Below, piece by piece: positions 19,017 through 28,784 of a DNA stretch of 32,257 nucleotides; the stretch's first letter is position 1, and the number at the start of each line of letters is the position of its first letter. The stretch lies in IMG/VR virus record IMGVR_UViG_2541047777_000015; one strand, written 5' to 3'. This stretch comes from a virus. Taxonomy: Duplodnaviria > Heunggongvirae > Uroviricota > Caudoviricetes. A model generated the notes under the pieces. It saw only the letters and a list, made by a program, of their open reading frames with translations. It was not told the DNA's origin and made no database searches. The translations under genes and the position numbers were made by a program.

Positions 19017-19519
19017 CTGCGTCGTCGCTCCGGCTTCAGTGATTTACGTAATTCCCGCGCCAGAAAATAGCGTGTCCAGCTGCGGTTCTTTTCAAGCGTT
19101 TCCACCATAAAGTTATTACGTGGAGCCAGTCGCCAGCCGCTGCCACCGGATGCACCACGATGATGGCTGCGACGACGCTTTGCCCCTCGCCTCACGCCAT
19201 AGAACAAAAAAGCCGGATAAAAATCACCGGTGATACGGCGGTTTCCCTCTCCATTACGCTGGTTAGGGGCTATACGTGCCATAAAACCAGGGCGATGTTT
19301 ACTGGCTCTGGGTACCATGTAACCAATCGAACGAGCCAGGCGTCCGGTCTGATAACCGGGGTTTTCACCCGGTGCCGACCGCGCACGGCGCATCACCAGC
19401 CGACGGGCATCACGCATATGACGCTGACCAATCGTGACAAACGCCCGCCGGACACGGGCGCGGTTAAAGCGCATCTCCGCGGGCTGCTGAAAATCAACGT
19501 GCAAAAAGGAAGTCGTCAT
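19013..19519 (-). CDS. virion morphogenesis / neck protein (HK97 gp10-like)
   Basis: 168 aa, Arg-rich, in the head-tail joining block. Confidence 0.55.
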   Translation of the reverse strand: MTTSFLHVDFQQPAEMRFNRARVRRAFVTIGQRHMRDARRLVMRRARSAPGENPGYQTGRLARSIGYMVPRASKHRPGFMARIAPNQRNGEGNRRITGDFYPAFLFYGVRRGAKRRRSHHRGASGGSGWRLAPRNNFMVETLEKNRSWTRYFLARELRKSLKPERRRR

Positions 19520-19904
19520 TGTTGCCTCCGTGACTCTGCCTACATTCGCCCAGCTCCGTACACTCCAGCAGCAGAAAGCGCCGCGCCCCGTTCAGATCGC
19601 GCTGACGTTTCACCCGGTACACACTGTCACCGCAGACCACCTCATAATCAGCGGTAATCCCCCGGCGGTAACGAATGGTGATGTAATGGGTGATGGCGTC
19701 CCCGGTCTGCGCGGTTTCCTGCCAGGTGGTGGCACTGGTCTGGATAACCTTCGCCCATGTCCGGAACGTAATCAGGTATTGAGGCTCCACGCCAAAGTTA
19801 TCCGCGGGCATATCCACCCGCAGGCGGATCAGGACGCGTTTATTCAGTTCACCGGGGTCCGGCAGAATGTAGGTTGCGCTGGTCTGCGCCTGACGAATTT
19901 TCAT
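19494..19904 (-). CDS. head-tail adaptor / head closure protein
   Basis: 136 aa, in the head-tail joining block. Confidence 0.55.
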   Translation of the reverse strand: MKIRQAQTSATYILPDPGELNKRVLIRLRVDMPADNFGVEPQYLITFRTWAKVIQTSATTWQETAQTGDAITHYITIRYRRGITADYEVVCGDSVYRVKRQRDLNGARRFLLLECTELGECRQSHGGNNDDFLFAR

Positions 19905-20224
19905 TGCGGAAAGTACCTGTACGGGCCGACAAGCCAGCCAAAACTCTGCGGCATGTCGAGTTTCTCCACTTCCGTAACCGACGAGCGGTTTTCGTAAAAA
20001 TGGCTGATAAGCATCAGCATCCCCAGACGAATATCATCCGGCAGGTGCAGCCCGTCCGGATCGCTGTCCGGAATGGTTTCATCCGGTGCATAGAGCTTCC
20101 GGTTCAGATACGTTTCCGTCCGCTTTTGTGCCGCACAGGCCAGCAGTTGCAGATGGCGGTCATCAGCATCGAAATCCTCATCCAGCCGGAGTTGGGCTTT
20201 AATCTCTTCCATTGTCAGAAGCAT
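19901..20224 (-). CDS. head-tail connector (gp6-like)
   Basis: 107 aa, first gene after the capsid region. Confidence 0.55.
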   Translation of the reverse strand: MLLTMEEIKAQLRLDEDFDADDRHLQLLACAAQKRTETYLNRKLYAPDETIPDSDPDGLHLPDDIRLGMLMLISHFYENRSSVTEVEKLDMPQSFGWLVGPYRYFPQ

Positions 20225-20226
20225 AC

Positions 20227-20427
20227 TCAGCCCTCTTTACTGGTCGTGGCTTTTTTCTCTTTTGCCGCTTTACTGCTTTTTGCACTGATTCCGCGCTCTG
20301 CTAACCCGGCCTGAAGTGCAATCTCCTGCACCCGGGCAGGAAGCGCCCCATCGTCATACTCACCGGCCCGAATGACCTCAACACGCATACCGTCCGGTGA
20401 CCATTTCAGATCTTGTTTCAGGATCAT
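20227..20427 (-). CDS. hypothetical small phage protein (66 aa)
   Basis: Short ORF between the capsid and connector genes, same strand; lysine-rich C-terminus. Confidence 0.5.
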   Translation of the reverse strand: MILKQDLKWSPDGMRVEVIRAGEYDDGALPARVQEIALQAGLAERGISAKSSKAAKEKKATTSKEG

Positions 20428-20449
20428 GATTCTTCACCCGTCAGAACAG

Positions 20450-20469
20450 GGGGCGCGGTTCCGCGCCCC
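20450..20469 (-). other. GC-rich stem-loop immediately downstream of the major capsid gene
   Basis: GGGGCGCGG / CCGCGCCCC perfect 9-bp inverted repeat 7 nt after the capsid stop. No U-run follows, so it is more likely an mRNA-stabilising or attenuating hairpin than a full terminator. Confidence 0.5.
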
Positions 20470-20476
20470 TGAGTGA

Positions 20477-21682
20477 TTACGCCGCTGCAATCTTCAGCAG
20501 TTTGATGGCCTGCGAATCGACCAGCATCCCGCCGGTGCGCTTGGTGGTATAAAAACCGACAAACGGTTTATTGGTGTACGGGTCACGCAGAATGCGGGTG
20601 CCGATACGGTCAACGATGGTGTAACCCCGTTTGAAGTTACCAAATGCAATGGCTTTCGCATCAGCGGCGATATCCGGCATCTGTTCGTTTTCAGCGATAC
20701 CGTAACCCGCCAGAGAGGACGGCTGCCCCAGTTCCAGCCCCGGACGCCACAGATAGTTACCCTCGCTGTCTTTAAGCAGACGGATGGCAAACAGGCTGTT
20801 GTTGTTCATCATGAACTTCGCGCCAGTGCGGTGTGCCTTACGCAGCGTGTAAATCAGTTTGATAATGGCGTCTGCGGTCACCGCCGTCGCTTCGCCGGAT
20901 ACAATATGCTGAAGTTTGCCGAACGCCCGGACCTTATCGGTTTCATCAGTGGATTCATACGCCAGGAACCCTTTCGGCTTCTTGGTACCATCGCCGGTGG
21001 TAAAGGCAATTTCTTCCTGTTCGGCAAATTCGGTTGCCAGCTCGCTGTTGATCCATGCTTCCACGTTGAAAAAGGCATCATCCAGCATTTTCTGGGTGGC
21101 CTGCGGGTTACCGTAGATTTCCCCCATGAAAGGTTCAATCAGGCCCAGTTTTGAGGTGGCAGTCTGGGAGCGCGCGTCAGTCTCGCCAACCCATCCGGAA
21201 GCCGTGCCGCCCAGATTCACCAGTTTTTTGTAGTCGGAACCACCAACGGTGATCACCGTGGCTTCCTGGCGCATCACCACTTCATCTTTCAGCAGGGTGA
21301 GAATGTTGCGATCCAGTGCTTCCGGCACGGCATAGCCGCCGTCTTCATCGGTGCCCACCTGCAATGCCTTGCGCTCCAGATCGCGCAGACCATCTTCACG
21401 GCCTTTACGCAGGAAGCCCACAAACGCTTCTTTATGCTCGGTGGCCAGTTTATTTTGCGCACCACCTGCCGGACGTTTCAGCTCAAGCAGCTCTTTTTCA
21501 AGATCGCTTTTGAGGTTTTCCAGCTCGCTGAGTTTCCCGTTCAGGGTTTCCACCTGCCCGGCAAGTTTGCCTTTTTCCTGCTCAATCGCATCCACGCGCT
21601 TGTCGTTCTTTGCTTTGAAGTCGTCAAACTTCTGCTGCAGCTCCTGCGCGACCTGTTCGACATCTTTAATATCAACCGCCAT
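20477..21682 (-). CDS. major capsid protein, HK97 fold with N-terminal coiled-coil scaffolding (delta) domain
   Basis: 401 aa. The first ~100 residues are heptad-like and K/E-rich (KLSELENLKSDLEKELLELK), followed by a capsid-like domain. RBS AGGAG upstream. Confidence 0.85.
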   Translation of the reverse strand: MAVDIKDVEQVAQELQQKFDDFKAKNDKRVDAIEQEKGKLAGQVETLNGKLSELENLKSDLEKELLELKRPAGGAQNKLATEHKEAFVGFLRKGREDGLRDLERKALQVGTDEDGGYAVPEALDRNILTLLKDEVVMRQEATVITVGGSDYKKLVNLGGTASGWVGETDARSQTATSKLGLIEPFMGEIYGNPQATQKMLDDAFFNVEAWINSELATEFAEQEEIAFTTGDGTKKPKGFLAYESTDETDKVRAFGKLQHIVSGEATAVTADAIIKLIYTLRKAHRTGAKFMMNNNSLFAIRLLKDSEGNYLWRPGLELGQPSSLAGYGIAENEQMPDIAADAKAIAFGNFKRGYTIVDRIGTRILRDPYTNKPFVGFYTTKRTGGMLVDSQAIKLLKIAAA

Positions 21683-21696
21683 CGTATTTCTCCTGA

Positions 21697-22347
21697 TTAG
21701 AAGTTCAGATTTTTCAGTGCATTCAGTGCAGAGCCCACATCCTCAGCGTCGCGCAGGGACAGTGCGCCATAGCCCCCGGCCATGAATGCTTTGGCCTGGG
21801 TACGGGAGAGTCCGACATCACGCAGGACTCTTTCGATTTTTTTCTGTTCGGGGATTTCCCCGCGGGCCAGTGCGTTCTTGACGTCGCTGATCCGCGCCTC
21901 GTCGTTAGACGGGAACGTCACCAGGCTGACTTCCCAGAGGTCGATTTCTTTCAGCAGAAAGGCTTCTTTGCTCCGGTCGTATTCCCAGTCTTTCAGGACG
22001 TACCCAATAGAAAGGCCGGTTAACGAACCGGCCTTCATGTGTGCATGTGCGCGTTTTGCGAGGGGATCATCATCAATAAGCAACCGTCCCCTGACGTAAA
22101 GCCCGACATCGTCTTCCTTCATTTCGGTGTAAACACCGATGGGTTCATCCATGCGGTGCTGCCAGAGCAGCGCAGGTAACGCTTTTCTGTCACTCCACGC
22201 CCGCAGGGAAGCAGCAAATGCCCCGGACATCACCACATCATCGTGGCTGTCCTTTACACCAAAGACGGAGCCATACCCTTCAAACTCACCGGAGTCACTG
22301 ACAGATTTCAGACTCAGCGGTACATCAAGACGTTGTTTCGTCTGCAT
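21697..22347 (-). CDS. prohead protease (HK97 family)
   Basis: Sits between portal and capsid. ATG at 22347 has RBS AAGGA 8 nt upstream and overlaps the portal 3' end; the track start at 22383 lacks an RBS. Confidence 0.75.
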   Translation of the reverse strand: MQTKQRLDVPLSLKSVSDSGEFEGYGSVFGVKDSHDDVVMSGAFAASLRAWSDRKALPALLWQHRMDEPIGVYTEMKEDDVGLYVRGRLLIDDDPLAKRAHAHMKAGSLTGLSIGYVLKDWEYDRSKEAFLLKEIDLWEVSLVTFPSNDEARISDVKNALARGEIPEQKKIERVLRDVGLSRTQAKAFMAGGYGALSLRDAEDVGSALNALKNLNF

Positions 22348-23566
22348 TGGCGTTATCCTTCTGCTTACCGGCTTTACTGCCATCGGAGGGTTTCGTGGTC
22401 ATGTTCATCGGTGTGAGATAGACATCCCCACCGGGACGGGGATTCATATCTTCCAGGTCGCGGCAGTCATTGGGAGAGTAAATTCCCCAGTTAATCCCGG
22501 TGGCGTAGGCTTCAAAACGGGACTTCATATCCCCGCGCAGTAACGCCCCGGCGTTAAATTTGGCGTAATAAACGCCCTGCTTACTTTTTCGAACCAGTCC
22601 GGTGTTGATCCGCTGCTCGATGCGGGTCAGATACGGCACCAGTGAATAGTTGATAAATCCCAGCCCCAGCTCTTCAATATTGTTGAAGGTGGCGCGATCG
22701 GTGTTCTGCACCATGTGCAACGGCACCCGGAACAGACGACAGATTTCTTCAAGCTGAAACTTGCGGGTTTCCAGGAACTGGCTGTCCTCGGCGTTCAGCG
22801 CCATCGACTTCCAGTCCAGCCCCATCTCAAGGATCATCGGGCGGTGAGCATTACCAAGCCCGGTGTGACGCTCCTCAAAATCTTTCTTCAGGCGCTCGTA
22901 AGCCTGATCTGACAGCGTCTGCTCTGTACGCAACACACCCGACGTCACCGCACCATTGCTGAACAGTCTGGCCCCGTGCTCTTCGGTCGCAGCTGCCAGC
23001 GATATTGCCTCGCGGGCATAGGCGATGGGATTCAGCCCCACCAGACCGTCCAGCGTCAGCGTGCGCACATGCCAGATATCTTCCTGGCTCAGCACATCCG
23101 TGGAGCCGTCCGAGAATGTGACCTGATAGACCGGCTCCCAGCTACTGTTAAGCTTCGGTACCACACAGCCAGGATCGACGGGCAGCAGTTCAGCCACTTC
23201 GCCAAATGCTTTCACTTTGTAGGCGTAAAAGTTTCCCCGCAGGCACAGACAGGTGACCACCAGCTCCCAGAACTCCTGCGGCGTCATATAGCCATTGGGA
23301 TGCGTGGAGATCAGCTTATGCAGACGTTCGCCGGTGGCCCTCTGTTTCAGGCTGCCGTTCAGGTGATACAGATTGCAGGGCAACATCCCGACCGACTCTG
23401 CCAGCACCCTGACGCAGGAAAAAACCGCCGTCAGTCGCATGGCCCGCTGGCTGCTGATCTGCTTTCCGGTATAGGTGTCGTATGACAGCCCGATAGCCTC
23501 CGCCAGCTCTGCTGGCGTGGTCACCGGCGCGTCACTTTTTCGTTGAAATAATCCCGAAAAGAACAC
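22325..23566 (-). CDS. portal protein (HK97 family)
   Basis: 413 aa; GTG start at 23566 with strong RBS GGAGGT 5 nt upstream. Confidence 0.85.
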   Translation of the reverse strand: MFFSGLFQRKSDAPVTTPAELAEAIGLSYDTYTGKQISSQRAMRLTAVFSCVRVLAESVGMLPCNLYHLNGSLKQRATGERLHKLISTHPNGYMTPQEFWELVVTCLCLRGNFYAYKVKAFGEVAELLPVDPGCVVPKLNSSWEPVYQVTFSDGSTDVLSQEDIWHVRTLTLDGLVGLNPIAYAREAISLAAATEEHGARLFSNGAVTSGVLRTEQTLSDQAYERLKKDFEERHTGLGNAHRPMILEMGLDWKSMALNAEDSQFLETRKFQLEEICRLFRVPLHMVQNTDRATFNNIEELGLGFINYSLVPYLTRIEQRINTGLVRKSKQGVYYAKFNAGALLRGDMKSRFEAYATGINWGIYSPNDCRDLEDMNPRPGGDVYLTPMNMTTKPSDGSKAGKQKDNANADETTS

Positions 23567-23748
23567 TATTTACCTCCGCCGACAGACAGCTGTGTACGAT
23601 CGAGATATCGCGCCACCAGCCACGACCAGAACAGGCACAGCGCCCCGGCAACAACAAAACCCGCCGGGGGATAAATCAGCCAGGCACCATATGCCAGCAA
23701 AAGCGCACCCAGCACGCCCACCAGAGGCGCGAGAATCAGCATGATCAT
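23566..23748 (-). CDS. hypothetical small membrane protein (60 aa)
   Basis: Two hydrophobic helices ([23 protein letters not shown]; [16 protein letters not shown]), between terminase and portal. Confidence 0.5.
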   Translation of the reverse strand: MIMLILAPLVGVLGALLLAYGAWLIYPPAGFVVAGALCLFWSWLVARYLDRTQLSVGGGK

Positions 23749-23759
23749 AATTACCTCAG

Positions 23760-25493
23760 TTAAAGCGAGCGGATCCCGTAGGACTCAATGTGGTCAGACA
23801 GCGTGTCTTCTTTCTCGTACAACATGGCTCTGCCAACCGCCATAATCAGCGCAACTGCACCATCGATTTTGTTTTCCGCCTGCTCTTTGACGGGTTTCAC
23901 CACATCATCGTTACCCGGAATGGTTTTGCCGACCACGTTGCCGATACACCAGGTCATGATGGGATTGCCATCATGATGAAAGCGCCCCGATTCAATTGCC
24001 GCTTCCAGCTCTTTCATCGGGTCGGACATGTTGGTGTAGTTCTGAATGATAGTGATGGGGTTCAGGTCTTCATCAGCAAGGTCATGTGACAACCCGGTCG
24101 CCCCGAAGGGGTCGATGGGTGACTCACTGACCGGGCTGATTTTGTTCGCCGCTTTGGCCTCCTCGAGGATGTAGCGATAATCCACCTCCGCACCATCGGT
24201 AACGGTCAGAACGCCCATTTCCACCCATTTCTGAAAGCGTTCGGCTGTCCGTCGATCTTCATTTTTCTCGACGCTGTACACCGTGTCATACGGTACCCAG
24301 AAACGCGGGGCCACACTGTAGTAATGCGTTTTACCGTCAATCTCGCGGGTATAAAGTCGCGCCATGCTGTTCATATCCAGCTTACGCGCCAGGTCAAAGG
24401 CCAGAATGCACGGCTGCCCCTCGAACTGCTCAAGGGTCAGTGATTTATCCTCGCAGCTCTGCCAGCTCACCAGGTTGAAATACGCCGAACGCGCCGACAC
24501 CCAGATATTGAGGTGTTTTGTTTTAAAGACGTTTGCCAGACGGGCGTTATTTTTCGCACGCTGCTGCTGACTTAACAAAAATTCGCGATAAACCGACACG
24601 CCAATATTTGGATTGGCTTTTTCCAGCACCTGCGGGTCGGTCCAGTCGTCACCTTCATCAACGGTATAGATGATCCCGAACAGTTCATCGTTAGGCACCG
24701 AGCCATTGAGCATCTCGATGACTTCCCGCCGCTTGTCGTAGCACGGCCCCTCAATGTTGTACCCGGCGGTGGTGATAGCCCACATCAGTGGCTGACGTCG
24801 CGCCCCCATCCCGGTAAGCATCGTGGTGTAAAGCGCATCGGTGGCGTGCTCGTGATATTCATCCACCACCGCACAGTGGGGTGATGAACCATCACCGGGG
24901 TTACCGATCAGCGGTTCAAACCGCGCGCCATCCTCCGGACGGTTCATGTTTGAGGCGTTAACCTCAATCCCGAACGCTTCCGTCAGCATGGGTGTGCGTT
25001 TACACATCAGTCGAGCCGGGCGAAAGACTTCCCACGCCTGTTTCTCTGTCGTGGCACCGGAATACACTTCCGCGCCAAACTCGTTATCACAGGCAAAACA
25101 ATACAGGGCAACACCGGCAGAGATTGCCGATTTGCCGTTCTTACGGGGGATTTCGGTATACACCTCCCGGAAGCGGCGCAGCCGGGAGCCTTTATTGACC
25201 CAGCCAAACGCGCAGCAGATCACAAAGAGCTGCCACGGCTCCAGCGTGATGGGCATCCTCTTAAATGCCCACTCACCCTTGGTGTGCGGCAACAGCTGAA
25301 TAAATTTGGCGGCCCGTTCAGCCAGGTCCTTGTCGAAGCGGTAACGAAACGACTTACTTTTTTCCGCCATCAGGTCATCAAGATGGCACTGGCAGGCCTG
25401 AATCACAAACTGGCAGGCCACAATCTTTCCGCGCACGACATCCCGGGCATACTGATTGGCAGCATTTACGTTGGGGTAAGATTTCCGGCTCAT
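23760..25493 (-). CDS. terminase large subunit
   Basis: 577 aa with a Walker-A-like segment (EIPRKNGKS) and C-terminal nuclease-like region; start overlaps the small-subunit stop. Confidence 0.9.
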   Translation of the reverse strand: MSRKSYPNVNAANQYARDVVRGKIVACQFVIQACQCHLDDLMAEKSKSFRYRFDKDLAERAAKFIQLLPHTKGEWAFKRMPITLEPWQLFVICCAFGWVNKGSRLRRFREVYTEIPRKNGKSAISAGVALYCFACDNEFGAEVYSGATTEKQAWEVFRPARLMCKRTPMLTEAFGIEVNASNMNRPEDGARFEPLIGNPGDGSSPHCAVVDEYHEHATDALYTTMLTGMGARRQPLMWAITTAGYNIEGPCYDKRREVIEMLNGSVPNDELFGIIYTVDEGDDWTDPQVLEKANPNIGVSVYREFLLSQQQRAKNNARLANVFKTKHLNIWVSARSAYFNLVSWQSCEDKSLTLEQFEGQPCILAFDLARKLDMNSMARLYTREIDGKTHYYSVAPRFWVPYDTVYSVEKNEDRRTAERFQKWVEMGVLTVTDGAEVDYRYILEEAKAANKISPVSESPIDPFGATGLSHDLADEDLNPITIIQNYTNMSDPMKELEAAIESGRFHHDGNPIMTWCIGNVVGKTIPGNDDVVKPVKEQAENKIDGAVALIMAVGRAMLYEKEDTLSDHIESYGIRSL

Positions 25494-25984
25494 GATTCGA
25501 TGATTTTCAGAAACGGGTTAGTGGCTTTCTTCTGCCCCGCCAGGCCAATCAGACGCTGACGGCTGCTGGGGTCGAGTCCGAGCATTGCCCCCGTGCTGCT
25601 CATCTCGGACTCCTGTTCTTTTTTGGCTGTCAGCTCCGGATTTTTGACCCTGCCGCCCATTGCGCCGGTGATGGTATTGCCCTGTATGGCAATATTTTTC
25701 ACAGCACGTCGCCAGAACTCATAGGCCACGCACCACCGCTCAAGCACCGCGAGGTCAGTCACGCACAGCAGGCCCTGACCGCAGAGTTCTTTGGTTGTCA
25801 GTTGCCACATGATCGTGGCGAGAGGGAGATCTTCTTCAGCGAACCACTCCGGTGGCTCAACACCTTTGATGGGCGTAAAAACAGGTTCATCTTTGTTCAG
25901 GGCTCGCTTGCCGGGGTTTCCGGCCAGCGCCTTGCGCGCCGTTGGCTTGGGGCGACGCCCGGAACGCCCCGCCGTTCCAGCCAT
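25490..25984 (-). CDS. terminase small subunit (P27 family)
   Basis: ATG at 25984 with AGGAG 8 nt upstream; the track start at 25993 is a GTG. Adjacent to an HNH endonuclease as in HK97-type packaging modules. Confidence 0.75.
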   Translation of the reverse strand: MAGTAGRSGRRPKPTARKALAGNPGKRALNKDEPVFTPIKGVEPPEWFAEEDLPLATIMWQLTTKELCGQGLLCVTDLAVLERWCVAYEFWRRAVKNIAIQGNTITGAMGGRVKNPELTAKKEQESEMSSTGAMLGLDPSSRQRLIGLAGQKKATNPFLKIIES

Positions 25985-26109
25985 ATGCGGCACTCCTGGT
26001 TAAATTTCATTTTTCGCGGGTATAAAAAAACGATGGGGCGGGCAGTCCGGAAGACGTCAGGTCACAGGGATTTGACCCGCCCCTCCCCTCAGAAAGTTGA
26101 GAATTATTA

Positions 26110-26460
26110 TCACTTCAGTCGTTCACGGGCCGTCTTCGCCTTATGACACGGCCAGCACAGGCTCTGCAGATTGCAGTCTGCATCAGTGCCGCCATGCGCT
26201 TTAGGGATGATGTGGTCAACGGTTTTCGCCTCACGCACCACACCGACATGCAGGCACAACTGACACAGGCCTTTGTCACGCTTCAGCACGCGCGCGCGGA
26301 TAACATCCCACTTCGAACCGTAGCCGCGCTGGTGACGGGATTGTCCTGGCTTGTATTGTTTCCAGCCTTCGCTTTTGTGGCTTTCACAATAGCCTGACGG
26401 ATCAGTGGTGGTTTGGCGGCAGCCGCGAACGCGGCAGGCTTTTGGGGTTCGTGGGGGCAT
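26110..26460 (-). CDS. HNH endonuclease (phage packaging-associated)
   Basis: 116 aa with a CxxC...CxxC zinc-binding pattern and an HNH motif region (DHIIPKAHGGTDADCNLQSLCWPCH). Confidence 0.85.
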   Translation of the reverse strand: MPPRTPKACRVRGCRQTTTDPSGYCESHKSEGWKQYKPGQSRHQRGYGSKWDVIRARVLKRDKGLCQLCLHVGVVREAKTVDHIIPKAHGGTDADCNLQSLCWPCHKAKTARERLK

Positions 26461-26562
26461 TTAAAGTGGGATCTAACTCTAATAATTTAAAAAATTTAAT
26501 TGGGTCTTGATATTAATCACATAGACTCAATGCTCTTTAGTTCTTACATAGGTGGTTGTATT

Positions 26563-26730
26563 ATGAGTATCCCCAGTTTAGATGTTCATAAAGTTGTTAA
26601 GTGCGCAGAGCATAAAAAGGCTTTAGATGCAATATCTCTCAAACTTAAGAATAACATTATTGACTCAAGCTCTGAATACGATTTTCTTGGCGACACAATA
26701 ATTTTCAATAAAGATAAAAAAATAGGTTAA
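26563..26730 (+). CDS. hypothetical protein, 5' part of a frame-interrupted AT-rich moron ORF
   Basis: ATG at 26563 with RBS AGGTGG. Ends at TAA 26728-26730, just after an A7 run (26716-26722); the -1 frame is open from 26718 to 27002. Confidence 0.45.
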   Translation: MSIPSLDVHKVVKCAEHKKALDAISLKLKNNIIDSSSEYDFLGDTIIFNKDKKIG

Positions 26731-26804
26731 CCCTCAAACTTTCAACATATGAACTAGAACTTATTTTCAAAGAAACACTGCTAGTCATTGATGAAGCTCC
26801 TGTA

Positions 26805-27002
26805 TTGAAGTTTGCTGCCATTGACCCAACCGATGAAAATAACAACGAGCTGATTGATTTATTTTTATCCAAAGGTGGATTTATTTATATTAGAGAATAC
26901 AAATCCGAGCCACATTATGAGTATGGCGACACTTCTCTATTTTTACATATACTTGACGCTACTCTTAAAGAGCTTAAATCTGCAAACAAAATATCCTATT
27001 AA
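26805..27002 (+). CDS. hypothetical protein, 3' part of a frame-interrupted AT-rich moron ORF
   Basis: The frame is open from 26718 but has no ATG (TTG at 26805); it is best explained as a continuation of 26563-26730 after a -1 shift at the A7 run. Confidence 0.4.
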   Translation: MKFAAIDPTDENNNELIDLFLSKGGFIYIREYKSEPHYEYGDTSLFLHILDATLKELKSANKISY

Positions 27003-27108
27003 ATAAATTTTTGCTAACATAGCCCCGCGCCATGACAAGATTTTCTGTTCTAGATGCAAGGGCTATGTGTGAATATCTATAAACAAAAACCCCATCCGGT
27101 GATTTTTG

Positions 27109-27360
27109 TCATTTTTTAGCCATCTCAATTGCGGCATCAAAAAGTCGTTCAAGAATAAAATCAGGGTACTGTAATTTTTCTTGCTCGATATGAAGCTCAT
27201 AAATTTTCCCTTCCCACTCCCATTTAAAATTAAATCCAGAAGCAGAAGGTGCGAAATGTGTTTTAGCTTTAGGGTTAGCGTAACCAGCAACAGTCAACAC
27301 ATCAAACTTAAAATCTTGAGGTTTAATACGCATAATCATATCCTTTGCCAAGTTCATCAT
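27109..27360 (-). CDS. hypothetical protein (74-83 aa), AT-rich moron
   Basis: Several in-frame ATGs (27360, 27357, 27339, 27333); the one at 27333 has AAGGA 7 nt upstream. No family recognised. Confidence 0.5.
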   Translation of the reverse strand: MMNLAKDMIMRIKPQDFKFDVLTVAGYANPKAKTHFAPSASGFNFKWEWEGKIYELHIEQEKLQYPDFILERLFDAAIEMAKK

Positions 27361-27430
27361 TATTCTTCGCGATTATAAAACAATGAATAAAATCATTAAA
27401 GCATAGACGTTAAATATCCTCAAAATGTGA

Positions 27431-27868
27431 TTAGTTGGGACATTGCGTCCTGATATACTCCTGCAAGTAATTGACCTGTGAGGTTATCTTGTCGATTCCA
27501 CTTCGGAGACGGTAATAATGGAGTTCAGCATCTGCTGTAAGTCTAGGGCTTTCTCCATCGCCCATGCCGCTGGCTCCGGTCGTTGACTTTGTACAGGTGG
27601 CGGCGACTTGCAGGCGCTTATGCCCAGCAGAAACATCAGCACGAAGACTTTCGATAGTCGCATTAGCATCAGCAAGCTCCTTTGTATATCTGGCATCGAG
27701 TTCAGCTACATTACGTTGACGCTTCTGCATATCAGCGATGATGGATGTGGCTTTATCGCGCTGTACTTTGTAGACGATGGCGTCATCACGGTAATTATCA
27801 ACAGCCCATGACAAGCAGACGATGATGCAGATAACCAGAGCGGATATAATCACCGTTACTCTGCTCAT
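27431..27868 (-). CDS. i-spanin (lambda Rz-like)
   Basis: 145 aa; N-terminal TM helix ([18 protein letters not shown]), coiled-coil periplasmic domain, C-terminal Cys. Sequence similar to lambda Rz. Confidence 0.85.
   Translation of the reverse strand: MSRVTVIISALVICIIVCLSWAVDNYRDDAIVYKVQRDKATSIIADMQKRQRNVAELDARYTKELADANATIESLRADVSAGHKRLQVAATCTKSTTGASGMGDGESPRLTADAELHYYRLRSGIDKITSQVNYLQEYIRTQCPN
27484..27669 (-). CDS. o-spanin (Rz1-like lipoprotein) embedded in the +1 frame of Rz
   Basis: [20 protein letters not shown]... signal peptide with lipobox (ISAC), Pro-rich mature region. RBS AAAGGAG 7 nt upstream of the ATG at 27669. Confidence 0.75.
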   Translation of the reverse strand: MLMRLSKVFVLMFLLGISACKSPPPVQSQRPEPAAWAMEKALDLQQMLNSIITVSEVESTR

Positions 27869-28341
27869 ACCTGAATCTCTTTGACCGTTCCGCCGGCTTC
27901 TTTGAATTTTGCAATCAGGCTGTCAGCCTTATGCTCAAACTGACCATAACCAGCTCCCGGCAGTGAAGCCCAGATATTGCTGCAACGGTCGATAGCCTGA
28001 CGAATATCACCGCGATCAATCATCGGTAAAGCACCACGCTCTTTAATCTGCTGCAGTGCAACAGCATCCTGGCTTTTTGGAGAGAAGTCTTTCAGTCCAA
28101 GCTGTTTACGGTATGCATCCCACCAGCGGGAAAGAAGCTGGTAGCGCCCGGCAGCCGTTGATTTGAGTTTTGGGTTTAGCGTGACAAGTCTGCGAGGGTG
28201 ATCGGAGTAATCAGTGAATATTTCTCCGCCCACAATGACGTCATAACCATGATTACGTGTCGGTTGTAGCCCATTATCCGTTCCTTCTGACCAGGCCACC
28301 ATATCGAGGAAAGCTTTACGCTGAGGATTAAGATTTTGCAT
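27865..28341 (-). CDS. endolysin, lambda R-type lytic transglycosylase
   Basis: 158 aa, near-identical over long stretches to my recollection of lambda R ([17 protein letters not shown]...[12 protein letters not shown]...[23 protein letters not shown]). Confidence 0.9.
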   Translation of the reverse strand: MQNLNPQRKAFLDMVAWSEGTDNGLQPTRNHGYDVIVGGEIFTDYSDHPRRLVTLNPKLKSTAAGRYQLLSRWWDAYRKQLGLKDFSPKSQDAVALQQIKERGALPMIDRGDIRQAIDRCSNIWASLPGAGYGQFEHKADSLIAKFKEAGGTVKEIQV

Positions 28342-28633
28342 TTTTCACCCCTGTCAGTCGTTCCCAGAAGTACGTCAGTGCAACCGAACCCATCGCACCA
28401 CTAATCCCCGCAGTTGCGAGAATCATGTAAATACTGAATCCACTTTCGATACTGATTAGGCCACCAATAACACCGGTGAATCCTGATACAACTATCTGAG
28501 CGAGGGCATTTATCCAGCTCCACGTTGCTTTACTCTGCTTCACATCAATCAGGTAACGGACAAGCCCCCCCCAACCTGCGATGATCAGCAAAACAAGCCA
28601 GAACGCTCCGGCAAGATTCTCTTTTTCGTGCAT
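28328..28633 (-). CDS. holin (three predicted TM segments)
   Basis: Hydrophobic segments LAGAFWLVLLIIAGWGGLV, WINALAQIVVSGFTGVIGGLI and IYMILATAGISGAMGSVAL, directly upstream of the endolysin. Start uncertain: the track ATG at 28732 lies inside a terminator hairpin with no RBS; the internal ATG at 28633 is reported. Confidence 0.6.
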   Translation of the reverse strand: MHEKENLAGAFWLVLLIIAGWGGLVRYLIDVKQSKATWSWINALAQIVVSGFTGVIGGLISIESGFSIYMILATAGISGAMGSVALTYFWERLTGVKNAKS

Positions 28634-28744
28634 ATGAATAGCCGCAGTTTCGCCTCCGACAGAAAATCGGAGCGTGAAATGATATGTTGATTTATTATTA
28701 ATTCGAAAATTACATTCTAATTCATCAGGCATTGATGATTTTAT

Positions 28745-28779
28745 AATAATAAAGGCCGTTCGTTACGGCCTTTATTATT
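28745..28779. terminator. bidirectional intrinsic terminator
   Basis: 14-bp perfect inverted repeat AATAATAAAGGCCG / CGGCCTTTATTATT with a 7-nt loop: GC core flanked by A/T runs on both sides, 5 nt after the stop of the acidic ORF. Confidence 0.7.
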
Positions 28780-28784
28780 GATAT

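Noticed and set aside
8945-23485. Many 60-200-aa ORFs antisense to or out of frame with tail and head genes (e.g. 8945-9343, 9787-10041, 12957-13454, 14703-15032, 17070-17486, 18480-19070, 19530-19997, 21351-21785, 22976-23485)
   Set aside because: They overlap long, well-supported minus-strand structural genes in GC-rich DNA where stop codons are rare in all frames; none has a convincing start context.
27063-27290. 75-aa minus-strand ORF
   Set aside because: Alternative frame overlapping 27109-27360, whose frame has the better start context.
28634-28732. N-terminal 33-codon extension of the holin ORF
   Set aside because: The upstream ATG lies within the T-tract of the bidirectional terminator and lacks an RBS; the shorter start is preferred but the assignment is uncertain.
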